NCBI GenBank assembly: GCA_036677445.1
Contig: JAVBWI010000006.1
Coordinates: 15,462-79,461 of the forward strand
Direction of reading: 5' to 3'
Source of the DNA: Clostridia bacterium
GTDB taxonomy: Bacteria; Bacillota; Clostridia; Christensenellales; CAG-138
DNA: 64,000 nt
Position numbers and translations under genes: made by a program. Position 1 is the stretch's first letter. Every line of letters starts with the position of its first letter. Below are positions 44,156-53,363 of this stretch, in pieces. The notes beneath the pieces were generated by a model. The model did not search any database. It was not told where the DNA came from and saw only the letters and a list, made by a program, of their open reading frames with translations.

Positions 44156-45313
44156 ATGTTTGTAAAGAGCTATATTGCAAAAGAAATGCCGGAGGCAATC
44201 GAAAGGATACGCAAAGAACTTGGGCCGGATGCCGTAATACTCAGCAACAGGCAAATACGCGGCAAAGGCTTTGCGGGCTTCTTTGGGAAAAAGCTTATTG
44301 AGGTGACGGTAGCGTATGAACCCGCGCCGGGCAGAAGCATCATCCCCGAACGTAAAGCGGAGCACATGCCGGCCTTGGTTCCGCCTGCGGAAAAAAAGTC
44401 CGCCCCGGATCAGCAGGCGGCGCCGGATAACGGAAGGATGGATCAGCTTTATGATCAACTGGCCCAGATAAAGGGCGCTGTGCAGTCTATTTCGGATAAA
44501 AAGGCGCCGGAGCGTAAAAGCCCGGGCAAATTTACGCCGGAAGCGGAGGAGATGCTAAATCGTTTGACGGAGCGGGAAGTTCATTCGGCGCTCGCAAAGA
44601 AAATTGTCAACCAGATGCAGGAAATTATCGCACGGTTCGATGACGATCCGAAGAAGGTGGCAGAAAGCCTTGTTCTGGATATGCTTGGCGAACCCGCCGT
44701 GATTAAGCTCAAGAAATACAGAATGAATATATTGATGCTGCTGGGTCCGACAGGCGTAGGCAAGACTACCACCATCGTGAAGCTTGCGGGAATGTATGCG
44801 TTGGATCAAGGACTTAAGGTAGGTTTTATCAATACGGATACTTATCGGGTGGCTGCGCAGGAACAGCTAAGGACCTATGCGGATATCATGGGGCTGCCCA
44901 TATGCACCATTTATTCACCCGACCAAATGGAAACCGCGCTGCTTACACTGCAGGACAGGGATGTGGTGCTCATCGATACCGCGGGCAAGTGCGCCGCGGA
45001 TAAAAAATACCGCGAGGAGATCGAGACTTATATCAGGCAAAGCGGCGCAGACGACATTTTGCTGGCTGTAAGCGCATCGATGAGTTATAGCGCGTGCAGG
45101 GAGCTTATAAGCAATTATTCATTCCTGAAAAACTACAAGCTCATCATTACAAAGCTGGACGAGGTCAGCGCGTGGGGCAGTGTGCTCAATATCGCAACTC
45201 TTGCGAAGGGTCCGATCGCATTTGTAACTACAGGGCAGAACGTACCCTATGATATTGCGGCCCCCGATGCGAAAAAAATGGCAAAAAATGTATTGGGAAG
45301 TGCGGATGTATGA
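44156..45313 (+). CDS. flhF: Flagellar SRP-type GTPase FlhF
   Basis: LLGPTGVGKTTTIVKLA, DTYRVAA and DTAG are present. Confidence 0.9.
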   Translation: MFVKSYIAKEMPEAIERIRKELGPDAVILSNRQIRGKGFAGFFGKKLIEVTVAYEPAPGRSIIPERKAEHMPALVPPAEKKSAPDQQAAPDNGRMDQLYDQLAQIKGAVQSISDKKAPERKSPGKFTPEAEEMLNRLTEREVHSALAKKIVNQMQEIIARFDDDPKKVAESLVLDMLGEPAVIKLKKYRMNILMLLGPTGVGKTTTIVKLAGMYALDQGLKVGFINTDTYRVAAQEQLRTYADIMGLPICTIYSPDQMETALLTLQDRDVVLIDTAGKCAADKKYREEIETYIRQSGADDILLAVSASMSYSACRELISNYSFLKNYKLIITKLDEVSAWGSVLNIATLAKGPIAFVTTGQNVPYDIAAPDAKKMAKNVLGSADV

Positions 45314-46158
45314 TGGATCAGGCCCAATCGCTTCGTGATATCATGAAGTCTAGAACTGTCCGCAGCATGAAGGCGATCACGATTACCAGTGCTAAGGGAG
45401 GCGTGGGCAAATCGAGCGTGGCCTTGAATCTTGCTATTGCGCTTAATAAGCTTGGCAAGCGTACGTTGGTCGTGGATATGGATTTGGGCCTTGCCAATAT
45501 CGACGTAATGCTGGGCGCGAAATCGGAATATGACTTTTTGAGCGTGATTCGTGATAACAGGGATATCCGCGATATCATAGGAACCGGGCTTTGCGGCGTG
45601 AAGTTCATTTCCGGAGGATCCGGCGTGGAAGAGATGATCAATCTCAATGAACAGGCTGTGAAAAGGATTATCCGCCAGCTTATGTGCCTCGAGGATATTG
45701 CCGATACCATTATATTCGATACGGGCGCGGGAATTTCGGATAATATATTGCGGTTGATCTGCGCAAGCAACGATACCATACTGGTCACTACGCCGGAACC
45801 GACCTCATTTATGGATGCCTATGCGCTGGTGAAAATCATAGGCCAGCGGGACATGCAGCCCAGCATACAGCTCGTTGTCAATAAGGCGGAGACGGAACGT
45901 GAGGCAAATGCGGCGATTTCCGGATTCATACGTATCGCGCAGAAGTATACCGGAATCCCCGTAAAAGGCCTTGGTTACATTTTAAACGACGACCATATGG
46001 TCAGGGCGGTCAAGCTTCAGGTTCCGCTGCTCGTCAGTTTTCCGGGGTCCAGAGCGGCAATGAATTTCGAGCGGCTGGCCGTTACGTACCTTGAAATCCC
46101 GGATTCCGGCGAGCCGGGTATTTCGGGTTTCCTAAAGAGATTGTTGGGTGGTGCTTAG
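45310..46158 (+). CDS. flhG: MinD-type ATPase FlhG (YlxH)
   Basis: The deviant Walker A is ITSAKGGVGKSS. The gene follows flhF with a 4-nt overlap. Confidence 0.9.
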   Translation: MMDQAQSLRDIMKSRTVRSMKAITITSAKGGVGKSSVALNLAIALNKLGKRTLVVDMDLGLANIDVMLGAKSEYDFLSVIRDNRDIRDIIGTGLCGVKFISGGSGVEEMINLNEQAVKRIIRQLMCLEDIADTIIFDTGAGISDNILRLICASNDTILVTTPEPTSFMDAYALVKIIGQRDMQPSIQLVVNKAETEREANAAISGFIRIAQKYTGIPVKGLGYILNDDHMVRAVKLQVPLLVSFPGSRAAMNFERLAVTYLEIPDSGEPGISGFLKRLLGGA

Positions 46159-46818
46159 ATGTCCGAAATGAGTTTTGAACAAATTGCCCAGTTGGGCGAA
46201 ACAATGGAGATACGGGCAGGAAATATATCGACAAAAACGACGTTGCAGGATATTTTGGACGCAAATCGGTTTGTGATGCTCCAGCCCACATACAAGCTGG
46301 CGCCTGTCATGATTGATTATGAAGAGCCGGTAAGGTTTTTTCTATTCAGGCCGAATGGCGTTTTCAGTTTGGATGCAGTGTTGGAGGAACGGTATAAGCA
46401 GGATGAAATCGCACTCTGCCGTTTCCGTGCCGTTTCCGGCGTAAAAAGGATACAACGCCGCTACTCGTACAGACTGGCGGTGGTGCTGGATGTTGTCATC
46501 AGGCCAATGACTCTTGATATGAACATGAAGGAACCTGGTATTCCGGGGAAAACACTGAATATTTCCGAAAAGGGGGTTTGCTTTGTCTGCCACGAACGCT
46601 TCGCAAGAGGCCGGAAACTTTCCCTGCAGCTTGATCTTATATCGGATGGAGTCATGACGCTCAATGCCGAGGTGCTTCGCTGTGAGCTGCCGATGCAGAA
46701 GAATGATCCATATATCATCGGCGCACAATTTATCGATCCGCCGGAGTGGGAGCAGGTCTATCTGCGCAAGTTTATCATCAAACGGCAGGTATTCCAACGC
46801 AAATACTGTAAGGACTAG
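46159..46818 (+). CDS. PilZ-domain c-di-GMP receptor (YcgR/MotI-like flagellar brake)
   Basis: RxxxR appears as QRRYSYR, and (D/N)xSxxG appears as NISEKG. There is an N-terminal PilZN-like region. The ATG directly abuts the flhG stop. Confidence 0.8.
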   Translation: MSEMSFEQIAQLGETMEIRAGNISTKTTLQDILDANRFVMLQPTYKLAPVMIDYEEPVRFFLFRPNGVFSLDAVLEERYKQDEIALCRFRAVSGVKRIQRRYSYRLAVVLDVVIRPMTLDMNMKEPGIPGKTLNISEKGVCFVCHERFARGRKLSLQLDLISDGVMTLNAEVLRCELPMQKNDPYIIGAQFIDPPEWEQVYLRKFIIKRQVFQRKYCKD

Positions 46819-46834
46819 TATGCGGCGGCAGGAA

Positions 46835-46863
46835 TTGCATATATGCCTTTACTATGCTAATAT
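46835..46863 (+). promoter_or_regulatory. Internal sigma-A-type promoter upstream of fliA
   Basis: TTGCAT-17 nt-TAATAT. Confidence 0.45.
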
Positions 46864-46925
46864 GAGAAATGTATAAAGTGAATTTTTTTGGCACTTATTG
46901 AGGGATTTAGTCGGGAGGGTGCGGC

Positions 46926-47684
46926 ATGCCTGATGTAGGGAATGCAGCTGCGCAGCGGATTTGGGAAAAATATGCGCAGGATAACTCGCAGGAAAGCAAA
47001 AACGAGATTGTCCTGCACTATATGTATCTTGTCAAGCGCATCGTATACCGATTGCTTCCCACCTATGAGGGATACAGTAATTTTGACGACCTGTTGAGCT
47101 GCGGCGTATTGGGGCTGATCGACGCGATCAATAAGTTTGATCTTAAACGTGAGATTCAGTTCGAGAACTATGCCTCGCTGCGTATACGGGGAGAGATCAT
47201 CGACCATATGCGCAAGCAGGACTGGGCGCCATCGAGCTTAAGGCGCAAAATACAGGCTATCAGCAGCGCATACGGTGATTTGGAAAAGGAGCTGTCCAGG
47301 GAACCGACTGATTCGGAGGTTGCGGATTATCTCGGCATGAGCGACAAGGAAATGCAGAAGATCGTTGGCAAAATGCACATGTTCAATGTCATGCATTTTG
47401 AAGAACTGCTTACAAGCGACTGCTCGTTGGCGCAGGTCGTCCAGGATAAGGGAGAGACGCCCGAGGAAAGCCTGGAGAACAACGAAATGAAGAAGATACT
47501 CGCTGATATGATTGAAACGCTGCCCGAAAAAGAACGACTCGTGATTACGCTGTACTATTATGAAGAACTGACGCTCAAGGAAATTGCAGGGATGCTCGGT
47601 GTATCCGAATCACGCGCTTCACAGATACATTCCAAGGTGATTATGAAATTTCGCACAAAGCTGCAACTGATTTTGAACCAATAA
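46926..47684 (+). CDS. fliA: Flagellar sigma factor sigma-28 (FliA/SigD)
   Basis: Regions 2-4 are present. LITLYYYEELTLKEIAGMLGVSESRASQIHSKV is the region 4.2 HTH. Confidence 0.9.
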   Translation: MPDVGNAAAQRIWEKYAQDNSQESKNEIVLHYMYLVKRIVYRLLPTYEGYSNFDDLLSCGVLGLIDAINKFDLKREIQFENYASLRIRGEIIDHMRKQDWAPSSLRRKIQAISSAYGDLEKELSREPTDSEVADYLGMSDKEMQKIVGKMHMFNVMHFEELLTSDCSLAQVVQDKGETPEESLENNEMKKILADMIETLPEKERLVITLYYYEELTLKEIAGMLGVSESRASQIHSKVIMKFRTKLQLILNQ

Positions 47685-47705
47685 GCAAGGAAGAGGGGAT
47701 TGGAA

Positions 47706-49397
47706 ATGGAAGGCAGCTTGGATAGTGCAAGAGAAAGGATACAGAATCCTGCCGAAAACAGCACGAACTTAGACTTTCAGAAGATAGCATCCGTATCCGG
47801 AAAAAGATGGTATGAAGTCGAGTATACGGAAGAGGGTGTCTTTTTGAATCTGTATTATAAGGCGAATGCAGGTTCACAGCTGAAACCGGAATTGGTTCTG
47901 TACGATCTGCAGAGAAGAGGATTGTCCCTGCAAAACCCGGGCAATGTTGTTCTTCGTATGCGCACCGGAGACACGAGAATTAAATTATGTGAAAGCAGTC
48001 CTGAGAATGATGCGGATCTCGATGTATTCATTACGACCACCCGTGACGAAATGACTGCATATTTGCAACTCCTGCCGGCATGCGGCGCGGGCGGTGTGAA
48101 GGATATCGAGAGCATCCGCAAGGAAATCGAGCAGCGCTATGGCATTGTGTACAACCTCAATATCGAAAGTATTATCGGTGCGATTGAACGGGGGCGTTAC
48201 TTCGAACCGATCGTTATCGCCGAAGGCAGACCGCCGCAAAAGGGCAAGGATGGTTTTTTGACCTTCCTGTTCAAGATTGAGCATGATTTCGCGCCCAAGC
48301 TTCTTGAAGACGGAAGTGCCGATTATAAGGAACTCAACATGTTTGCAGACATTGCCCAGGGCGATGTGCTGGTGGTCAGCGTCCCGCCTGAAGACGGTAT
48401 TGACGGCATGACGGTCAAGGGCGTGGCGGTTGCTGCGCAAAGGGGTAAGGAAGCGCCTCTTCCAGCAGGTAAGAACGTAGTGGTTTCCGAAGATGGAAGA
48501 AACCTTGTCGCTGCCAAAAGCGGCCGGGTCGATTATGTTAATGGCCGTGTCGAAGTCTCTGACACATATATAATTCGCGGCAATATGGATATGGGAATAG
48601 GCAACATTGATTTTGCCGGCGATGTCACCGTGATGGGAAATGTAATTTCGGGATTGACGCTCAAGGCGCAGGGCGATGTGGAAGTCCACGGTTTGGTAGA
48701 AGCCGCAACGGTGATTGCAGGAGGCAATATCGTCATCAAAGGCGGCATGCAGGGCATGGACAAGGGCGTTCTGCAGGCCGGCGGCAGCGTCATTTCCCGT
48801 TTTATTGAGCGGAGTGCCGTAGAAGCGGGCGAAAGCGTCTATTCGGATTACATCGCGCATTCCAGCGTAACCGCGCAGGATTCTGTCGTGATGAAAGGAA
48901 GGCGCGCCAAGATCATAGGCGGCCTGACCCGCGCCGGCAGGCAGATCAGCGCCAGAACCATCGGCTCTCCTTCAGGAGATAAAACAGTCATAGAGATTGG
49001 GATATCGCCAAAGCGACGACAAGTATTGATTATGCTGGAAGAGGAGCGCAGCCAGCTCAAGAGCCAGCTGGAAAAGGTTTCGAACTTCACCAGAATATCC
49101 CCGTCCCGCAACGAATCAGCGGAAAGAGTGGCCATGCGCCAAAAGCTGATTGAAACATACGGAAATTTGAGCGCTCAAATGGAGGAGCTGAACGCTAAAA
49201 TCGAGCAGGCAAAGCAGGAACTCATGACCTTTTCGGATGGAAAGGTACATGCATCCGTAGAGGCCTATCAGGATGTAAAAATCACGATTGATTTTGCGAC
49301 ATTCACAACCCGATCCAGTATAAAGTTCGTCACGTTTAAATATCAGAATGGTGAAGTCGTGTTTACTTCCTGTGAAGCAACCCCGGAGGGGAGGTGA
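47706..49397 (+). CDS. FapA (DUF342) family flagellar-assembly-associated protein
   Basis: The central beta-helix-like repeats (GNIDFAGDVTVMGNVISGLTLKAQGDVEVHGLVEAATVIAGGNIVIKGG) and C-terminal coiled coil are typical of DUF342. Confidence 0.7.
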   Translation: MEGSLDSARERIQNPAENSTNLDFQKIASVSGKRWYEVEYTEEGVFLNLYYKANAGSQLKPELVLYDLQRRGLSLQNPGNVVLRMRTGDTRIKLCESSPENDADLDVFITTTRDEMTAYLQLLPACGAGGVKDIESIRKEIEQRYGIVYNLNIESIIGAIERGRYFEPIVIAEGRPPQKGKDGFLTFLFKIEHDFAPKLLEDGSADYKELNMFADIAQGDVLVVSVPPEDGIDGMTVKGVAVAAQRGKEAPLPAGKNVVVSEDGRNLVAAKSGRVDYVNGRVEVSDTYIIRGNMDMGIGNIDFAGDVTVMGNVISGLTLKAQGDVEVHGLVEAATVIAGGNIVIKGGMQGMDKGVLQAGGSVISRFIERSAVEAGESVYSDYIAHSSVTAQDSVVMKGRRAKIIGGLTRAGRQISARTIGSPSGDKTVIEIGISPKRRQVLIMLEEERSQLKSQLEKVSNFTRISPSRNESAERVAMRQKLIETYGNLSAQMEELNAKIEQAKQELMTFSDGKVHASVEAYQDVKITIDFATFTTRSSIKFVTFKYQNGEVVFTSCEATPEGR

Positions 49398-49402
49398 CCT
49401 TC

Positions 49403-49732
49403 ATGTCGTTTCAAGGCATTGGCGCCAAAATTATGATCCATAAGGTAACGGATTTCGCAAAGGAAGCAAGCAGTCTGCAGAAAAGCGGCGAATTGGCACA
49501 GGCAAATATTCACAATAAAGCGGCGGCGGATACTCTGGCGAAGCAGCAGCAGGTGCAGGATATATATGAGCCCTCATATGCTGAAATACAACGGGAGAAG
49601 GAACATAAACAGGAAGAAAGAAAAGACAGGCGTTCGAAGGACGGGCAGCAAAAAAACGAAAAAAGCGATAATTCGTTGTATGGAGGTACGGTTGGGCAAA
49701 GCGAACCGAGAAAGATCGATATCCGCATTTAG
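49403..49732 (+). CDS. Small Lys/Glu/Gln-rich hypothetical protein
   Basis: GGAGGGGAGG lies 8 nt upstream of the ATG. It is 109 aa with no recognisable motif. Confidence 0.4.
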   Translation: MSFQGIGAKIMIHKVTDFAKEASSLQKSGELAQANIHNKAAADTLAKQQQVQDIYEPSYAEIQREKEHKQEERKDRRSKDGQQKNEKSDNSLYGGTVGQSEPRKIDIRI

Positions 49733-49843
49733 CGGTTGATATGTGAGGCTTAGATAGTGCGACACATCCTTTATGCGGCATGTTGCAACGCAAAGGGGTG
49801 TGCCGCGCTCGTATACTGCTTGAACTCATATGTGAGGTGAATT

Positions 49844-50392
49844 ATGGATTATACACATTATATGTTTGCATCTTTTGTATTCCTGTTGGTATGTGCAGCG
49901 ATATTTATTAACAACAGGCTGAAGAAAACACGCGAGACAGAGCCACAAAAAGATGACCGGGAACAAATAAAAACGGATCGGGAACGTGTAGAGCAGGACA
50001 GCTATCGCCGGGAAGAACAGCTTATGACACTATATCGAAACCTTGAGGATGCTATGCGCAGTATGGAAGAGGAAATCCAGGAAGCGCGCGAGGAAATAAG
50101 CCGGCAGCGTGAGGAGGCCGCTTCCATGCTGGAAAGCATGGAACAGCTCAGCGCAGGTATACGTGGCGATATGACCCGACGGGGAAGAGGAAGGCCAAAA
50201 TCGGCCGGAAAAGAAACAACAAATGGGATAACCGTATCGCCTGAACGAAAAAAACCAGGACCCAAAAAGAAAAGCACGAGCGATAAAGTGCGGGATCTTC
50301 ATAAAGCGGGCTTAAACGCAGACCAAATCGCACAGGAGCTTACGATATCACGAGGCGAGGTAGATTTGGTGCTGGGATTGAACAAGGATTAA
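49844..50392 (+). CDS. TM / coiled-coil / C-terminal HTH-like protein (DUF6115/DUF2802-like architecture, from memory)
   Basis: N-terminal TM helix FASFVFLLVCAAIFI, a charged coiled coil, and C-terminal VRDLHKAGLNADQIAQELTISRGEVDLVLGL. Confidence 0.5.
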   Translation: MDYTHYMFASFVFLLVCAAIFINNRLKKTRETEPQKDDREQIKTDRERVEQDSYRREEQLMTLYRNLEDAMRSMEEEIQEAREEISRQREEAASMLESMEQLSAGIRGDMTRRGRGRPKSAGKETTNGITVSPERKKPGPKKKSTSDKVRDLHKAGLNADQIAQELTISRGEVDLVLGLNKD

Positions 50393-50485
50393 AAGTATCC
50401 GAAAAATTAACTAAAGTGCTGGCTGTTTTTTTCGATGTAATAGGTGTACGGGATTGGATATTTTTGCTCCCGTTCTGGAGGTCAT

Positions 50486-51244
50486 ATGCTGCGAAGCCTA
50501 TATCTGTCTGCGACCAATATGTTGGTGCAGCGCAAAAAAGTCGATGTGATTACAAATAACATCGCCAATATGGATACGACCGGGTATCGGTCTGACAGCC
50601 TGATCTCACGCTCGTTTGAGGATATGTTGCTGCAGCGGGTCAATGACCCTTCTGTGGTGAACCGCTACAATGAGGTGGGCGAACTCAATACGGGGGTGCA
50701 TATCGACGAGATTATTACATCCTTTACAGAAGGCAGTGTCGAGTTTACTGACCGGACCTCTGACCTTGCAATCGCAGGGGAAGGATTTTTTGCCATAGCA
50801 ACCACGGCAGGCGAACGCTATACGCGTGATGGAAACTTTGCTGTAGACAACGAGGGGTATCTCGTAACGAGCGACGGCAACCGCGTGGCAGGAAGAAACG
50901 GTTTCCTGCGGGTGAATTCTTTGGACTTTACCGTGGATACGCAAGGAAATATAACAAATGCGGAAGGCGATAATGTCGGCAGTCTCAAGATTGTGACATT
51001 TGCGGATACCGGCGGGCTGCGCAAAGCCGGAAACGGCCTTTTCGTGAATTATACAAATCAGGCGACGCGGGTCGCGGAAGACCCTGTAGTGCAGCAGGGT
51101 TGCTTGGAAACCTCCAACACGGACATTACAAGCGAGATATTGGATATGATGTCAGCTTCAAGAACCTATGAGACGAGCCAGCGTATGGTCAAGATGATTG
51201 ATGAAACGCTGGGCAAGGCTGTAAATGAAATCGGAAAGGTATAG
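50486..51244 (+). CDS. Flagellar basal-body rod protein (FlgF/FlgG family; FlhO-like)
   Basis: ITNNIANMDTTGYR at the N-terminus and LETSNTDITSEILDMMSASRTYETSQRM at the C-terminus. Confidence 0.85.
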   Translation: MLRSLYLSATNMLVQRKKVDVITNNIANMDTTGYRSDSLISRSFEDMLLQRVNDPSVVNRYNEVGELNTGVHIDEIITSFTEGSVEFTDRTSDLAIAGEGFFAIATTAGERYTRDGNFAVDNEGYLVTSDGNRVAGRNGFLRVNSLDFTVDTQGNITNAEGDNVGSLKIVTFADTGGLRKAGNGLFVNYTNQATRVAEDPVVQQGCLETSNTDITSEILDMMSASRTYETSQRMVKMIDETLGKAVNEIGKV

Positions 51245-51255
51245 GTAAGAAGGTT

Positions 51256-52020
51256 ATGATGCAATCCACGCTTTCGGCTAAGAGCGCCGTGATCGCACAG
51301 CAGCGGCGCTTGGATACGATTGCAAACAATATCGCAAACGTAAACACAACGGGGTTTAAAGCAAGCAACGTTAACTTTAAGGATACGCTTTATAACACCC
51401 TCACCAGACCGGTTGAACCGCAGGATACAAATCTGCAGCGGGGTACGGGCGTTATGATTTCCGCCATCACGCGCTCGTTTGTGAGCGGTACGCCGATACC
51501 GACCAATGTGTTTCTGGATGCCTGCATTACGGGCGACGGGTTCTTTACGGTGCAGAATGCGCAGGGCGATACGCTCTATACGAGAAACGGAAGTTTTGCT
51601 GTTTCCTCTGAATCGGGAGAGCGATATCTGGTTACCGGCGAGGGATATTATGTGCTGGATGACGACGGCGACAAGATAGAGTTGCCTAATGGGGATATTA
51701 CTACATTGAAAATAAGCGGGATAGGCGAGCTTTCTATTGGCAACGAGGCTCCGTTTGCTACACTGGGAATTTCCTGCTTTGACAACAACGAAGGGCTGGA
51801 GGCGGTAGGCCAAAGCTGCTTCCGGGCAACCGTAGCATCGGGCGAAGCGCAGGCAAAAGAGGATCCGGTTGTGCTACAGGGCTTTCTTGAAAGTTCGAAT
51901 GTGGATCTTGCAACGGAGATGACAAAGCTGATTCGGGCGCAAAAGGCATTTGCGTTTGCGGCCACCGCGCTAACGACTGCGGATGAAATGGATGCCATTG
52001 CGAATAATATGCGCACATGA
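51256..52020 (+). CDS. flgG: Flagellar distal rod protein FlgG (FlhP-like)
   Basis: IANNIANVNTTGFK at the N-terminus and LESSNVDLATEMTKLIRAQKAFAFAA at the C-terminus. Confidence 0.85.
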   Translation: MMQSTLSAKSAVIAQQRRLDTIANNIANVNTTGFKASNVNFKDTLYNTLTRPVEPQDTNLQRGTGVMISAITRSFVSGTPIPTNVFLDACITGDGFFTVQNAQGDTLYTRNGSFAVSSESGERYLVTGEGYYVLDDDGDKIELPNGDITTLKISGIGELSIGNEAPFATLGISCFDNNEGLEAVGQSCFRATVASGEAQAKEDPVVLQGFLESSNVDLATEMTKLIRAQKAFAFAATALTTADEMDAIANNMRT

Positions 52021-52060
52021 TCGCGTGTACCTGTTGAAGTGACAAGGAGGAGTATGGAAC

Positions 52061-52495
52061 ATGCAGGTTAAGCAATGCAGATCCTGTGGAAAGCTATTTC
52101 AATCTCTGGGCAGTCCTCTCTGCATGGAATGTAATGAGCAGTTGGATGAACGGTTTCGGTTGGTTCGTGATTACCTTTACTCCCATCCGAGCGCGAGCGT
52201 AATTCAGCTCTCGAAGGCGACGGGCGTAAGCGAGAGAGACATACTGACGTTTTTGAAGGAAGACAGGCTTGCGCTGAACCAGGAAAGCGAATTGATGCGT
52301 TGCGAGAAATGCGGTAAGGCGATTGCATCGGGAAGACTTTGCGAACACTGCAAAGAAGAATTATCGAGGGTTCTGTCGTCCAAAGCGAAGGAAACTGCAC
52401 CCGGATCTGCGCCCGGACCTGTGCCCGGCATGGAAGAAAGAAAATCAGTATCGTACGGCAGGCTGGGGAAGATGCATCTGGATTATAAGGAGTAA
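52061..52495 (+). CDS. Flagellar operon zinc-ribbon protein (YvyF / TIGR03826-like)
   Basis: CRSCGKLF...CMEC at the N-terminus, a second pair CEKCG...CEHC, and a position upstream of flgM as in B. subtilis. Confidence 0.7.
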   Translation: MQVKQCRSCGKLFQSLGSPLCMECNEQLDERFRLVRDYLYSHPSASVIQLSKATGVSERDILTFLKEDRLALNQESELMRCEKCGKAIASGRLCEHCKEELSRVLSSKAKETAPGSAPGPVPGMEERKSVSYGRLGKMHLDYKE

Positions 52496-52525
52496 GCGCC
52501 AAAAAATAAGTTGGGAAGTGATAGT

Positions 52526-52804
52526 ATGAGAATCAATTCGATCCCTCCGAAGGAAATCTACAGCCGGTATGTATGCGCCCGGGAACTGCAGCCTATGGTA
52601 ATGCAGCAATCGTTTGGCACGGACAAAGTAGAATTGTCGGATACCGCAAAGACATTTTCATCGGCGTTAAAAGCTGCAAAAGAATCGTTCGCCAGTGCTG
52701 ACGTTTCCAGAAACGAGAAAATCGAAGCCATCAAAAAACAGATCAGCGAGAACACCTACTTTGTGCCCGCCTATAAAGTAGCCGAAAAAATGCTGGGTGA
52801 ATGA
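52526..52804 (+). CDS. flgM: Anti-sigma-28 factor FlgM
   Basis: 92 aa. The C-terminus is EKIEAIKKQISENTYFVPAYKVAEKML. It lies between the yvyF-like gene and flgN. Confidence 0.75.
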   Translation: MRINSIPPKEIYSRYVCARELQPMVMQQSFGTDKVELSDTAKTFSSALKAAKESFASADVSRNEKIEAIKKQISENTYFVPAYKVAEKMLGE

Positions 52805-52852
52805 TCGAAGAATGCGATTGTGCCCAAACGCATGGGAATTGAGGTAATTTGC

Positions 52853-53356
52853 TTGCAGAACCTTATGCATGAATTAGAATACGCAATGGCCGGGGAACTG
52901 GAGAATTATGTCGGCCTTTTGCAGTATGCGAAGGAAAAGAAAGCAGCGTTGATTAACAATGATGTAGATGAATTGAGCATGCTCGTTAAGCTGGAAGATG
53001 AAATTTTAACCCGGCTGAAAACAGCTGTCGCCAAGAGAGAAGGCCTCTTTGAAGCCATCGCAATCGAAGATGGCTTCGACGACAAAGTCGATTTGGAATA
53101 CGTAATGCAAAAGTTGTCCGCGACGGAGCGTGGAAGAATTGAACAATTGAGGGACCGATACAAAGATATCATTAGAGAGCTTACCGCTTTGAACAGTTTA
53201 AACCAGAACCTTCTGCAAACGCAATTGCAGTATACCGAGTTCTGCATAGATATTATAACAAAATCAAGTTCCGTAAGTAACAATATGTATGGAAGCACAG
53301 GCTTCGTGAATAAGGAGAATGTGGCGATACGAAGGCTAATCGACCAGGAAGCGTGA
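52853..53356 (+). CDS. flgN: FlgN-family export chaperone (start uncertain)
   Basis: An all-alpha protein upstream of flgK. TTG 52853 was chosen for the GAGG 8 nt upstream. ATG 52865 and 52832 are alternatives. Confidence 0.65.
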   Translation: MQNLMHELEYAMAGELENYVGLLQYAKEKKAALINNDVDELSMLVKLEDEILTRLKTAVAKREGLFEAIAIEDGFDDKVDLEYVMQKLSATERGRIEQLRDRYKDIIRELTALNSLNQNLLQTQLQYTEFCIDIITKSSSVSNNMYGSTGFVNKENVAIRRLIDQEA

Positions 53357-53363
53357 GGAAGTT

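Noticed and set aside
47985-48860. 291-aa ORF antisense to the FapA/DUF342 gene
   Set aside because: The plus-strand ORF is far longer (565 aa), has an SD and fits the operon. The antisense product is low-complexity and Arg/His-rich.
49739-49838. 10-nt direct repeat ATATGTGAGG occurring twice in the spacer before the 49844 gene
   Set aside because: It is short enough to occur by chance. The second copy simply contains the SD (GAGG) of the downstream gene, and there is no supporting structure.
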